A DNA stretch of 64,000 nt from Candidatus Poribacteria bacterium (GTDB lineage Bacteria > Poribacteria > WGA-4E > PCPOR2b), in NCBI GenBank assembly GCA_965215015.1, contig OZ244042.1:3296001-3360000 (forward strand). Reading direction: 5' to 3'. Of this stretch, positions 30,055 to 40,842 are shown in pieces (positions within the stretch are counted from its first letter, which is position 1; every line of letters begins with the position of its first letter). The position numbers were made by a program, and so were the translations under genes. A model generated the notes under the pieces. The model worked only from the letters and a program-made list of their open reading frames with translations, was not told the DNA's origin and did not search any database.

Positions 30055-31191
30055 ATGCACACGATTCCCACAGATACCACTCAACCCACACAGGCAACTC
30101 ACATTCCCATTGCAGACATCTTCCCGGGCGAACTCGTTAGTTTCGGCGGTGACAGCGAACCGAAATCGGCGCGTTCCATGCTTCAGACCTTAATCGAATT
30201 TGAGGAGGAGTTTGGGTTTGAAGCGGACAGTTATTCGCTTGGTGGAAATGTTCAGCAGGTTGAGGAAAAATTTGCAGCGATGTTGGGGAAGGAAGCTGCG
30301 GTCTTTATGCCGACCGGCACCCTCGCCAACCATCTTGCTGTTCGGATGCTCTGCGGAGACAAGCCACGTGTAATCGTACAGGAGCAGAGTCATCTATATC
30401 AAGACAGCGGAGATTGCGTCTCCCGCCTCAGCAATATCAACCTTCTACCGCTGGCGAAGGACCGTCCTCATTTTACAGTCGAAGAATTGAAACAGGCGGT
30501 TGAGCAATCGGAGCGGGGAAGGGTTCTGACCCCGGTCGGCGCACTAATGATTGAGAGCCCTGTCCGCCGTCAGGATGGCAAAGTTGTGCCCTTCGATCAA
30601 ATGCAGGCGATAACCACCTACTGCCGCGAGCGAGGAATCGGCACCCATCTCGATGGAGCGCGCCTCTACATGATGTCGGGCGCAACAGGCATTTCGGCAA
30701 AGACATACGCCTCGCTGTTCGATACGGTATATGTGTCCCTGTACAAGTATTTCGGTGCTCCTTTCGGATCTGTGTTGGTGGGAACCGCTCAATTCTGTGA
30801 TGGACTGTACCATGACCGCCGTATGTTCGGAGGCGGTCTGGCGTCCGCCAATTTTGCAGCGGCACTGGCGTTGAAAGGCGCAGAAGGGTTTGAAGAACGC
30901 TTTAACACCGCCATAAAACGTGCCACAACTCTATTTGACAAACTCAATACATTGGCGGGCATCCATGTCGGGCGTTTTGAGAACGGCTCCAACATCTTCC
31001 CGATGGATTTGTCCCGGGATCTGGATTCAGACAAGTTTGTGAAAATTCTTCGAGAGCAGTCAGTGTCTATCTCTCTGGGCGACCCGGATCCGAGACGGAG
31101 CACACTCAGAGTGAATACCACTATATTGAGGCAGGATGTTGACACACTGTTTACTGCCTTTCGTTCTGCCCTTGAAGGGAGCCGGCCGTAA
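30055..31191 (+). CDS. Threonine aldolase family PLP enzyme
   Basis: AVFMPTGTLAN, HLDGAR, SLYKYFGAPFG. Confidence 0.85.
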   Translation: MHTIPTDTTQPTQATHIPIADIFPGELVSFGGDSEPKSARSMLQTLIEFEEEFGFEADSYSLGGNVQQVEEKFAAMLGKEAAVFMPTGTLANHLAVRMLCGDKPRVIVQEQSHLYQDSGDCVSRLSNINLLPLAKDRPHFTVEELKQAVEQSERGRVLTPVGALMIESPVRRQDGKVVPFDQMQAITTYCRERGIGTHLDGARLYMMSGATGISAKTYASLFDTVYVSLYKYFGAPFGSVLVGTAQFCDGLYHDRRMFGGGLASANFAAALALKGAEGFEERFNTAIKRATTLFDKLNTLAGIHVGRFENGSNIFPMDLSRDLDSDKFVKILREQSVSISLGDPDPRRSTLRVNTTILRQDVDTLFTAFRSALEGSRP

Positions 31192-31251
31192 TCCATTTTT
31201 CTCCTCTAGTCTTGAGCATCCCACAGCGGAAAACCGATCAAAGGTACGCAG

Positions 31252-32313
31252 ATGAACGAAATCTACGAACTCACCGTCTGCCCATGGACGCCCGCGCATC
31301 CGCGGAATGATCACCAGCTCATCTTCCCGATGAAAGATGGGTGCCTGATGCTAGTCTGGTGTGAATACTATGCGGATAGCCCTTCACTTGTCGGGTATGT
31401 ACCATACACCCACCGACGGATTGGAGACAACATGCCGTGCCGCATCTCGGCAAAAATATCCGTCGATGTCGGACGGAGTTGGAGTGACGCATTTACCCTG
31501 CAAGATAACGTTGGTAAAATGAACGTGAAACACCCCAACTTGCTCCGACTCCCGTCAAATGAGATTCTATTCACCTATACTGTGCGCAATTCCGTTAGCG
31601 ATTTAAGGATTTATATGAAGTGCTCTCATGATGAATGCGAAACGTGGAGCGACTCTCGTCAAATTTCCTCGCTGCCGGGAATGAATTTCACCAACTGCGA
31701 CCATATCCTTCAACTCAGCTCCGGTAGAATCCTACTCCCCGCACATCACGGCGCCTTCCACGGCAGGGGCGATCACTATCAGGCACTCTGTTACTACTCC
31801 GATGACGATGGTCACACGTGGACGCCGAGCAGGGTAAGGATGGACCTACCGAAACGGGGTGCCGAAGAGCCTTCCATTGTGGAATTGCAAGATGGCTCTC
31901 TCCTTGCAGTCATCAGGAATAGCCTAGGCACAGTTTATAAGTCCCATTCCAACGATAGTGGGGAGTGTTGGACACCCCCTGAATCAACGGGATTAGCGGC
32001 ACCGGCATCTCCACCGTTGTTAAAGCAGATTCCCACTACAGGCGATCTGTTGCTCATCTGGAATCATAATGCTAACCTCGACTACCCCCATCAGGGTGAC
32101 AGAAATCCGTTGACAGCGGCGATTTCCAAAGACGAAGGGCGGACGTGGGAAAATATCAAGGACATCGAAAACCACTTGGGATATGACAGTGCCTATGCCG
32201 CGGTGACCTTCGTTGACGATGAAGCCCTCGTAACCTATTACACTCGATCCATCGCAACCTACGGAGAATCGGTCAAGCTGAAGATCTTCTCGACAGATTG
32301 GTTTTACCAGTAG
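31252..32313 (+). CDS. Sialidase-like BNR-repeat protein
   Basis: Asp boxes SVDVGRSW, SHDECETW, SDDDGHTW, SNDSGECW, SKDEGRTW. Confidence 0.85.
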   Translation: MNEIYELTVCPWTPAHPRNDHQLIFPMKDGCLMLVWCEYYADSPSLVGYVPYTHRRIGDNMPCRISAKISVDVGRSWSDAFTLQDNVGKMNVKHPNLLRLPSNEILFTYTVRNSVSDLRIYMKCSHDECETWSDSRQISSLPGMNFTNCDHILQLSSGRILLPAHHGAFHGRGDHYQALCYYSDDDGHTWTPSRVRMDLPKRGAEEPSIVELQDGSLLAVIRNSLGTVYKSHSNDSGECWTPPESTGLAAPASPPLLKQIPTTGDLLLIWNHNANLDYPHQGDRNPLTAAISKDEGRTWENIKDIENHLGYDSAYAAVTFVDDEALVTYYTRSIATYGESVKLKIFSTDWFYQ

Positions 32314-32478
32314 AAAGGTCACGGGATGCCTCTCAAACCGTTGAATCTCCTCTCGTTGCAACCTTTTATTAGGTCAAGTAGGGTTATTTTGGATAAGTCG
32401 CTCCTACAGTGAGGTATCGGGATTCGGAGATCCCTCCTACAGGAAAACTCAATGCCCTTAACTGTCAAGAATTTAGTC

Positions 32479-32508
32479 TTGACGCGATAACGCGCTTTGG
32501 CGTACAAT
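32479..32508 (+). promoter_or_regulatory. Putative sigma70 promoter
   Basis: TTGACG-18-TACAAT upstream of the TPP enzyme gene. Confidence 0.45.
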
Positions 32509-32655
32509 GCGTCGTTGAACGCCCAATACCGGTTTAGGCTTGCGTTGTTTATCTGAGGACTGTTGATTATGGAAAGTTGTAAAACAAAGTTGTAAAACAA
32601 TGTCGGTTTAATAGAGAAGCTCACAATAGGTTTTGATTGTACAAGGAGATCATAT

Positions 32656-34290
32656 ATGCAAGCTATTGATGCAGTCGCACAAATTTTGAAAACTGAAGGT
32701 GTTGAGAATTTGTTCTGTTTTCCAGCGAACAGTCTTATTGATGCCTGTGCAAAGGTCGGTATCCGTCCGATTATGGCGCGAACAGAACGAACACTGATCA
32801 ATATGGCAGATGGATTCAGCCGTATCTCCAACGGAGACCGTTTGGGTGTTGCGTGTGTCCAATCCGGTCCCGGTAGCGAAAATGCGTTCGGCGGGGTCGC
32901 CCAAGCGTTTTCGGACTCTGTTCCAATTCTGATGCTACCGGGCGGAGTTGCCCGCCGCAGCCACGGCATTCCCACCCATTTCGAGGCAGTACCAAACTAC
33001 GGCGGTATTACGAAATGGGTCGCTCAAGTAAATTTTCCGGATCGAATTCCCGCCATGATGCGCCGCGCCTTTAGTCTACTCCGTACAGGGCATCCGGCAC
33101 CGGTGATGCTTGAGGTGCCAACCGATGTTGCCAGCGAAGATATCGACGACGGCTTCGGCTACAAACCGCCTGAGAAGATTAAACCCGCTGGCAATCCCAG
33201 TGACATTGAAGCATCGGTGCGAGCCCTCCTTGCTGCAGAATCTCCAATCCTTCATGCAGGGCAGGGTGTCCTCTACGCTGACGGGACGGATGAACTGATC
33301 GAATTTGCAGAATTGGTGGGCGTTCCAGTGATGACAACGATGGCCGGCAAGAGTGCCTTCCCTGAAAACCATCCGCTGTCTCTCGGTGCCAGTGGACATA
33401 CCGGCACTGGAATGGTTAAGCATTTTCTAGGGGAAGCGGATCTCGTCTTTGGGCTTGGGTGCAGCCTGTCACAGTCGGTCATGTCCACCCCGATTCCTGA
33501 TGGAAAGGTGTTGATCCATAACTCGATCGATGAGCTAGATATCAATAAAGATTACGCCGCCGATTATGCGATTATCGGCGATGCAAAAATTGTCTTGGGG
33601 CAACTCATTGATGAAGCAAGAAAGCAATTGGGTGGAAGCGGACGCAGTCGTGACGCAGTTGTTGGAGAAATCAAAACCGTGAAGGAGCAGTGGTTAGCGG
33701 AGTGGATGCCAAAACTGACCTCGGATGAAGCTCCTATCAACCCGTATCGTGTTGTTTGGGATCTGATGCAGGCGGTGGATCGGACGCAAACCATTGTCAC
33801 ACATGATTCAGGGAATCCGCGTGATCAGACCCTTCCCTTCTATGAAACGATTACCCCGCACGGTTACATCGGTTGGGGCAAGTCCACGCAATTGGGATAT
33901 GGGCTTGGATTGATTATGGGTGCGAAACTGGCTGCGCCGGAAAAACTGGCTGTCAATATCATGGGGGACGCCGCCTTCGGTATGGCGGGAATGGACTTTG
34001 AAACCGCTGCACGGGAGCGCATCCCCATCCTAACGATTATGTTCAACAACTCGGCACTCGGCGGCTACGAGAAACACATGCCTGTCGCAACCGAACGGTT
34101 CCAGACAAAGTTTCTATCCGGTGATTACGCAAAGGTCGCGGAAGGATTGGGAGGATACAGTGAAAAGGTCGAGAATCCAGCGGACATTATTCCCGCTATC
34201 CAGCGCGCCCAGAAAGAGACACAGGCGGGCAAACCCGCCCTGCTTGAGATTATTACGCGCGAGGAAACCGACTTTTCCATGGGAATTTAG
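32656..34290 (+). CDS. Thiamine pyrophosphate-requiring enzyme
   Basis: GPGSEN, GKSAFPENHPL, GKSTQLGYGLG, GDAAFGM. Confidence 0.9.
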   Translation: MQAIDAVAQILKTEGVENLFCFPANSLIDACAKVGIRPIMARTERTLINMADGFSRISNGDRLGVACVQSGPGSENAFGGVAQAFSDSVPILMLPGGVARRSHGIPTHFEAVPNYGGITKWVAQVNFPDRIPAMMRRAFSLLRTGHPAPVMLEVPTDVASEDIDDGFGYKPPEKIKPAGNPSDIEASVRALLAAESPILHAGQGVLYADGTDELIEFAELVGVPVMTTMAGKSAFPENHPLSLGASGHTGTGMVKHFLGEADLVFGLGCSLSQSVMSTPIPDGKVLIHNSIDELDINKDYAADYAIIGDAKIVLGQLIDEARKQLGGSGRSRDAVVGEIKTVKEQWLAEWMPKLTSDEAPINPYRVVWDLMQAVDRTQTIVTHDSGNPRDQTLPFYETITPHGYIGWGKSTQLGYGLGLIMGAKLAAPEKLAVNIMGDAAFGMAGMDFETAARERIPILTIMFNNSALGGYEKHMPVATERFQTKFLSGDYAKVAEGLGGYSEKVENPADIIPAIQRAQKETQAGKPALLEIITREETDFSMGI

Positions 34291-34366
34291 GTGTAAGACG
34301 TGAGGTGTAAATGGTCAGGGGTTTATTATGGGTTCAATAGTTCGCAATAGAAAGGAGTCACCACTC

Positions 34367-36841
34367 ATGGCAGACTATCAACCGCTCGAGTTGTCACCGT
34401 TATGCAATGCAGGACTTGAAGTTTTAGGCGCAAACGCGGATGCCCCCATCGGCAAACAAGCCTTCCGTGGTCTTCCATTTTTGGTAAACGCGGACGGTTC
34501 AAGATGTTTCATCGCACTTAATGACGCTTCGGGAAATGTCACGATTCCCATCAATCAATCCGCACGCCGCATTATCATCGCACACCGTTTGCTAGAATCT
34601 GATCTGATGGAGGGCGGAGCACTAGGGGAGCCTGTCGCAGATTATGTGTTTCGTCTAGCAGAGGGTGCCGAAATCCGTATTCCCATCCGGGAGCGATTTG
34701 AAATTGCGGATCTCTCCGGTAGCGGTGCGCCATTCCACGCGCTCCCCGATCAGAACGACCATCTGATGCCGCGTCATGAGGGGAAATGGGAGGAGATGGG
34801 GCGACGTCAGACCGAAGTGTCGCGCGGCACAGCCCGTGGCTACTACCTATGGGCGTGGGAGAATCCGCATCCAGACCGCGAGGTCGAATCGCTGGAGATT
34901 ATTCCGAGTGGACCGCATTTTATTATCGCGGGTGTCACGCTTTCGCACGTTGACGAGCATCCTTTCGTCCGACAGGGGAAACGCGAAGCGCGCTTAATCC
35001 TGACCAATCCTGAAGACGCAGAAAAGCCGTTTGACCTTGACGTGGAAGTCGATCGGGGGATAGCGACTTATGTCCATCCGTTGCCTGAAGCGTCATCCGC
35101 CGATTTTGTCAACGATGATTTCGCCGGTTGGGGAGAAGCGCAGAATCCCAAGTCGAGCCCATCCTATGTCGAGGTTGCTGCGGTTCCATCAGCAACGGTG
35201 ACAGTAAAGCAGGGCAAGGAAAAGGTAGGGGAGGTCAAGTGGGGTGATGTTGAGGAGAAAAAGGTGGTCGAAACCCCACGAATGCGTGTGGAACTTTTGG
35301 ACCGTGGACGGAATTGGGTTCACGTCACTATCCTTGATGATGATACGGGCAAACCAGTCCCTTGCCGCGTCCATTTCCGATCACCGGAAGGCGTCCCCTA
35401 TCAACCATACGGACATCACAATCAGGTTAATTCTAATCTCGGCAGTTGGCATATTGACATTGGCGGTGATCTTCGACTCGGACAAATCACCTACGCATAC
35501 ATTGACGGTCGTTGTCAGGGATGGCTACCGCGCGGCGAGGTTATCGTGGATATCGCGCGGGGATTTGAGTATGAACCGCTACGGACACGAGTGAATATCG
35601 AACCGGGTCAACGCGAACTAACTTTGCGCCTCAAACGATGGGTTCACATGAACGCGGATGGCTGGTATAGCGGCGATTCCCACGTGCACTTCCTCTCGAC
35701 ACAGGGCAGTCATACGGAGTCCCAAGGCGAAGACCTCAACATCGTGAACCTGCTCCCATCGCAGTGGGGCAACCTGTTCACAAACACGGAGGACTTCACA
35801 GGCAAGCCGAGTATCTCGCAAGATGGTAATAACATCGTTTATGTCGGTCAGGAGAATCGGCAGCACTTTCTGGGGCATCTCATCCTCTGGGGTCTCAAGG
35901 AGCCGGTGATGCCGTGGTGTAGTGATGGTCCCGGTGAATCTGAGCTCGGTGGAACGCTGGAAATCACGATGAGTGATTGGGCAGATCAGTGTCATGCCCA
36001 GGGCGGCTCGGTCATTATCCCGCACCTCCCGAACCCGAATGGTGAACCTGCGGCACTGATTGCCACCGGTCGCGTGGACGGTGTGGAGATGCTACGTCAT
36101 GCACCGTTCAATCACCTTGAATACTATCGCTACCTCAACTGCGGTTACCGCTTGCCGCTGGTTGGCGGAACGGATAAGATGAGTAGCGATGTACCTGTCG
36201 GTATTTACCGGACCTACGCCTATCTACCTGACCAAGAGTTCACCTACGACAATTGGTGCAAAAGTGTATCCCAGGGACGAACATTCCACAGCGGTGGCCC
36301 TATGATTAACCTCACCGTGGATGGACATAATATCGGTGATACGATGCAGTTGTCAGGGGCTGGTACGGTGGAGGTCGAAGCGTGGGCGGAGAGCATCTTC
36401 CCGATTCATACGCTCGAAATCGTTCAAGCTGGACGTGTCGTTGCCTCGACAGAAGATAGCAAAGGTACACGTCGGTTGGAGTTGAAGGCACAAGTGAAAG
36501 TGGAGGGACACACTTGGATTGCTGCTCGATGTGGTGCTCCTAATTACACCAGCATCCCTCATCACGATGGCTGGGGACGAGGAATATTTGCTCACACTTC
36601 GCCGATTTATATCGCCTGCGGTGGAGAGTGGTGGATGTTTGATAAGGATGCCGCCCAGTATATGCTCACGCTCATTGATGGCAACCTGACCTACATCCGT
36701 CAAACCGCCGCTCGACACGCGCCCGGCACGGCAACCCATCATCACGGTGAAGATAATCACCTTACCTATCTAGAACGTCCCTTCGTCGAAGCCCGCGCAG
36801 CCATTCACCGGCGGATGCATCAATTGGGGATAGCACATTAG
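34367..36841 (+). CDS. CehA/McbA-type (PHP-like) metallohydrolase
   Basis: RGFEY, WYSGDSHVH, GQENR, GH, YRYLNCG, GGTD; RBS aaggag. Confidence 0.78.
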   Translation: MADYQPLELSPLCNAGLEVLGANADAPIGKQAFRGLPFLVNADGSRCFIALNDASGNVTIPINQSARRIIIAHRLLESDLMEGGALGEPVADYVFRLAEGAEIRIPIRERFEIADLSGSGAPFHALPDQNDHLMPRHEGKWEEMGRRQTEVSRGTARGYYLWAWENPHPDREVESLEIIPSGPHFIIAGVTLSHVDEHPFVRQGKREARLILTNPEDAEKPFDLDVEVDRGIATYVHPLPEASSADFVNDDFAGWGEAQNPKSSPSYVEVAAVPSATVTVKQGKEKVGEVKWGDVEEKKVVETPRMRVELLDRGRNWVHVTILDDDTGKPVPCRVHFRSPEGVPYQPYGHHNQVNSNLGSWHIDIGGDLRLGQITYAYIDGRCQGWLPRGEVIVDIARGFEYEPLRTRVNIEPGQRELTLRLKRWVHMNADGWYSGDSHVHFLSTQGSHTESQGEDLNIVNLLPSQWGNLFTNTEDFTGKPSISQDGNNIVYVGQENRQHFLGHLILWGLKEPVMPWCSDGPGESELGGTLEITMSDWADQCHAQGGSVIIPHLPNPNGEPAALIATGRVDGVEMLRHAPFNHLEYYRYLNCGYRLPLVGGTDKMSSDVPVGIYRTYAYLPDQEFTYDNWCKSVSQGRTFHSGGPMINLTVDGHNIGDTMQLSGAGTVEVEAWAESIFPIHTLEIVQAGRVVASTEDSKGTRRLELKAQVKVEGHTWIAARCGAPNYTSIPHHDGWGRGIFAHTSPIYIACGGEWWMFDKDAAQYMLTLIDGNLTYIRQTAARHAPGTATHHHGEDNHLTYLERPFVEARAAIHRRMHQLGIAH

Positions 36842-36871
36842 TGAAACGTGAAAGGTAATGCGTAATACCTC

Positions 36872-37190
36872 CCCGTGAAAAAATCGCCATTGTGGAGGGT
36901 ACGGAAAATGTCTGAATTAGATAATGCGGCTATTTGAATCCGTGTGCTGAATCAGGATTTTCAGGCTGGATGGATAAATAGGATAGAAACGTCAGCATCT
37001 AAGAATCCTGAGAATCGTAGAATCCGGTGAATCCGGATTCTGACAAGTTACACACCCTCCTCCAAAATCATCGCCGCATTCTGTCTGAATCAGGATTTAC
37101 TGGATTTTAGGATTAACAGGATTGACTCTATCCATTGCCATTCACTATCCTGAAAATCCTTCCATCTTGAGAATCCAGATTCTGACAATT
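36872..37190 (+). repeat. Upstream copy of the array unit (MTase-tail fragment plus inverted-repeat element) and a second element
   Basis: atcgccattgtggagggtacggaaaatgtctgaattagataa...gattctgacaag, then tgtctgaatcaggatt...aatccagattctgacaa (37082-37188). Confidence 0.85.
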
Positions 37191-37296
37191 TATACTATTG
37201 ATGCATCTGTAAGCCGATAGCCCTCGCTTAATCCTTGACATGCCTTGATTTAGCTCAAAAGATAGCAGCAAGGATTAAACTCAGGAAAGCCTAAAG

Positions 37297-40200
37297 ATGA
37301 ACGACCCACAACACAAATCTACCATCACAAATGCCCTAAACCGCTTCACCGATGGGGCCCTCGCTGAAAATGCACGAAACCTACTCAACACACTCGGCTA
37401 TCAGAGCGAAAGGACACTAGCCCTTGAATCAAATACCGCCGACGCCTTTATTGCCGCGTATGATCCGCAAGGGCAACTGAATAGCGGTAGGGCACTGACA
37501 GCAGAGTGGACCTCCATTGACCTGCTTTTCCAACTCACAGGCGATGACCTGACGCCCACGGATACAACCCGATGGATTTTCAATCCCAGCCAGACGCAGG
37601 TGGATAACACCATCATCGAATCCTACCTTTTCTTCGCAATCCGCTTGGAAGGCAGCGGTTACAACCGCACCCAACTGTCGCAAATCACCCGCGAAATCAA
37701 CAAGTTGTTCTCGATACCCGCGATGCTGCTCTTTCAACACGGCAGCACGCTTACGCTGTCGATTATCGATCGCCGTTTGGGGGTACGCGATCCATCCCGC
37801 GATGTCCTTGAAAAAGTAACCCTTATCAAGGACATTAATTTCAAAGATCCCTACCGCGCCCACATCGATATCCTATTCGATCTCGCCCTCGAACCGTTGA
37901 ACCAAACGCACGGTGTCCGCAACTTTGTCGAGCTCCATCGCGCTTGGGAAAAGACACTCGACACCGAAGCACTCAACAAGAAATTCTACCGAGAGTTGTT
38001 CGACTGGTTTGAATGGGCGGTTGATGAAGGGGGGTTCCCCACAAACGAAAAGCGTACCTTGAAACCGGAGGAGCACGTCATCCGCTTAATCACGCGACTG
38101 CTGTTCGTCTGGTTTATCAAAGAGAAGGGATTGGTCGCCGATGAACTGTTCAACGAGACGCACGTCGCCCCATTGCTGAAAGACTATGACCGCGACACCG
38201 GCGATTCCTACTACCGGGCGGTGCTGCAGAATCTGTTTTTCGCCACACTGAACACGGAGATAGAGAAGCGTGGGTTTAGCAAAGGGGGCAACCCGGCTCA
38301 TCGCAATTTCTCACGGTATCGCTACAAAGACCAGATAGCCGATCCCGACAAGCTGCTGGGGCTGTTCGCCCAAACCCCATTTATCAACGGTGGCTTATTC
38401 GATTGCCTCGACAGCGAGGAGGCGACACGGGATGGCGGCTACCGGGTGGATTGTTTCTCCGATGTGCATTACAGTCAATTAAGTATTCCTAACCGTCTCT
38501 TCTTCGATGATGCTTACGGCCTGATTCCCCTGCTGAAACGGTACAAGTTTACCGTTGAGGAAAACACACCGATAGAGCAGGAGGTCGCATTGGATCCGGA
38601 GCTACTTGGCAAGGTGTTTGAAAACCTGCTCGCTGCGTATAATCCTGAAACTGGCACAACGGCACGAAAGCAGACCGGTTCCTATTACACCCCCCGCGCC
38701 ATTGTGGACTACATGGTAGAGGAGGCGTTAGTAGCCACGCTTGGAGGACGGGTGGCCCCGACGGACGGTGATTCAAAGTTTTGGGACGAGCGGTTGCGCT
38801 ATCTGTTCGATTATGCGAAAGCGTTCGATGATGCGAGTGAATGGTTCGATAGCCGTGAATCGGACTTGGTAGTGCGGGCAATTTCAGAACTGAAGATACT
38901 TGACCCCGCCGTCGGTTCCGGCGCGTTTCCGATGGGGGTGCTACACAAACTGACGCTTGCCCTACGACGGTTGGACCCGGATAACACCCGATGGGAGACA
39001 TTGCAAAAGGAACGTGCCGCCCAGCGAGCGGCGGATGCGTTTGATACGGCAGATGACCACATACGCCGTGAAGCACTCCTCGAAATCAACGAAACTTTCA
39101 AACGGTACCGCGATTCGGATTTCGGACGGAAGTTGTATCTGATTCAAAACAGCATCTTCGGTGTCGATATTCAGTCAGTGGCGTGCCAAATCGCTAAGCT
39201 CCGCTTTTTCATCTCCCTTGCCATTGAGCAGGAGCCGGATAGGGCCGCAGCTAACTTTGGGATTAAGCCGTTGCCCAATCTGGAGACACGGTTTGTTGCG
39301 GCAAACACGCTCATCGGTCTCGAAGGCGAACGAACCCTGACAAGCCCCAGGGCCAAAGCATTGGAAGGGAAATTGAGTGAGAACCGCGAGCGGCATTTCC
39401 ACGCAACGACACGCTCCCAGAAACTGGCGTGTAAGCGAGCTGACAAGGAATTGCGGCGAGAATTGGCGACGGAATTACGCCATATCGGGATGCCCACCGA
39501 TGATGCGGAAAAAATTGCCCATTGGGACCCCTACGACCAGAACGCCTCTGCTGATTTCTTTGATCCAGAGTGGATGTTTGGGGTCAGAACTGGTTTTGAT
39601 ATTACAATTGGAAATCCACCCTATGTCAGATCAGAGGCGCGGGGACAACGAGCGTTGCGTCAGCAAATAGAAAATAGCAATCAGTATGAAACCCTTTGGG
39701 AGAAATGGGATTTGTATATTCCGTTCATTGAACGCAGCTATAAACTGCTCAAGCCGGCGGGTTTCACAACACTCATCGTCTCAGATGCCTATTGTCACTC
39801 GAAATATGCCCAGAAATCCCAAAACTGGTTTTTGAAAAATAGTCGCATCCTGCAACTTGACTTCTTTGGTAAGATTAAAATCTTCGATGCAGGGGTTCAT
39901 AACGTTACTTATCTGTTTCAAAAAGCAGATGGTAGTTATCAAAAGCCGGAGCGTCGTGTTCATGATCCCGAATTTGGTGTGGTCAATTTATTGCCAACTA
40001 ACGAACAGCGTGAATTAACCTATCGGGTCTTTTTTCCTGAAGATACAAACTGTCAACAGTTTTCAGTGTCGACGCTTGACCTATCAGAAATTTGTTACAT
40101 TAGTTATGGACTGAGGCCAAGTAGCAAGACACAGGATAAAAATAAATTTGTAACCTCTGATGTGGTTTCAGATAAAAAAGATCGACTTCATAGCAAGCCC

Positions 40201-40842
40201 TTTGTCGAAGGAAAGCATTTAGATCTGTGGCTTCCGAGAACAAACCTTTGGATTGAGTGGAATACAAATCGCGCACCTACAAAATTTTACAGTCCAACAT
40301 TCCCAGAAATGTATACAGTGGATGAAAAGATCTTAACTCAACGAAGTCCTGGGCCGGATCCAAAAGTTTGTTATGATAATCAGCATCTTGTTTTCACGCC
40401 CAGCAGTGTTGGATTAATTTTTTGGCATAATTTATCCGGTGTCCGCAATAGATCTATTCAAAAGCAGGCACGCTATAGCGACGAAGTGCGTCACCCAAAT
40501 TTGCCACAGCGGGAAGAACTTGAAGAGACAAGTCGTCGTTTTGCCGTGAAATTCCTGCTTGGTGTGATGAATTCGACTGCCGCCCATAATTTCCTGAAGG
40601 CAAATCGTCGTAGCAATATCCACTTGTACCCTGATGATTGGAAAAAGTTACCTATTCCCGATGTGCCACTTGAGCAACAAGCACCAATTGTTGAACTGGT
40701 CAATCAGATCCTCGACGCTAAACGCCCCGACCCAAACGCCGATGTATCCGAACTTGAAAATGAGATTGATCAGATAGTATATTTGTTATACGGTCTGACC
40801 CGTGAAGAAATCGCTATTGTGGAGTGTGCTGAAAATGTCTGA
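37297..40842 (+). CDS. Large gamma-class N6-adenine DNA methyltransferase with C-terminal target recognition domain (type IIG / Eco57I-like)
   Basis: PFINGGLF, LDPELLGKVFENLL, GSYYTP, LDPAVGSGAF, IGNPPY, C-terminal IDQIVYLLYGLTREEIAIVE. No nuclease motif identified by eye. Confidence 0.92.
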   Translation: MNDPQHKSTITNALNRFTDGALAENARNLLNTLGYQSERTLALESNTADAFIAAYDPQGQLNSGRALTAEWTSIDLLFQLTGDDLTPTDTTRWIFNPSQTQVDNTIIESYLFFAIRLEGSGYNRTQLSQITREINKLFSIPAMLLFQHGSTLTLSIIDRRLGVRDPSRDVLEKVTLIKDINFKDPYRAHIDILFDLALEPLNQTHGVRNFVELHRAWEKTLDTEALNKKFYRELFDWFEWAVDEGGFPTNEKRTLKPEEHVIRLITRLLFVWFIKEKGLVADELFNETHVAPLLKDYDRDTGDSYYRAVLQNLFFATLNTEIEKRGFSKGGNPAHRNFSRYRYKDQIADPDKLLGLFAQTPFINGGLFDCLDSEEATRDGGYRVDCFSDVHYSQLSIPNRLFFDDAYGLIPLLKRYKFTVEENTPIEQEVALDPELLGKVFENLLAAYNPETGTTARKQTGSYYTPRAIVDYMVEEALVATLGGRVAPTDGDSKFWDERLRYLFDYAKAFDDASEWFDSRESDLVVRAISELKILDPAVGSGAFPMGVLHKLTLALRRLDPDNTRWETLQKERAAQRAADAFDTADDHIRREALLEINETFKRYRDSDFGRKLYLIQNSIFGVDIQSVACQIAKLRFFISLAIEQEPDRAAANFGIKPLPNLETRFVAANTLIGLEGERTLTSPRAKALEGKLSENRERHFHATTRSQKLACKRADKELRRELATELRHIGMPTDDAEKIAHWDPYDQNASADFFDPEWMFGVRTGFDITIGNPPYVRSEARGQRALRQQIENSNQYETLWEKWDLYIPFIERSYKLLKPAGFTTLIVSDAYCHSKYAQKSQNWFLKNSRILQLDFFGKIKIFDAGVHNVTYLFQKADGSYQKPERRVHDPEFGVVNLLPTNEQRELTYRVFFPEDTNCQQFSVSTLDLSEICYISYGLRPSSKTQDKNKFVTSDVVSDKKDRLHSKPFVEGKHLDLWLPRTNLWIEWNTNRAPTKFYSPTFPEMYTVDEKILTQRSPGPDPKVCYDNQHLVFTPSSVGLIFWHNLSGVRNRSIQKQARYSDEVRHPNLPQREELEETSRRFAVKFLLGVMNSTAAHNFLKANRRSNIHLYPDDWKKLPIPDVPLEQQAPIVELVNQILDAKRPDPNADVSELENEIDQIVYLLYGLTREEIAIVECAENV

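Noticed and set aside
32319-32975. 218-aa minus-strand ORF and similar long antisense ORFs (8421-9119, 20594-21199, 24331-25008)
   Set aside because: Shadows of well-supported genes on the opposite strand, with no motifs.
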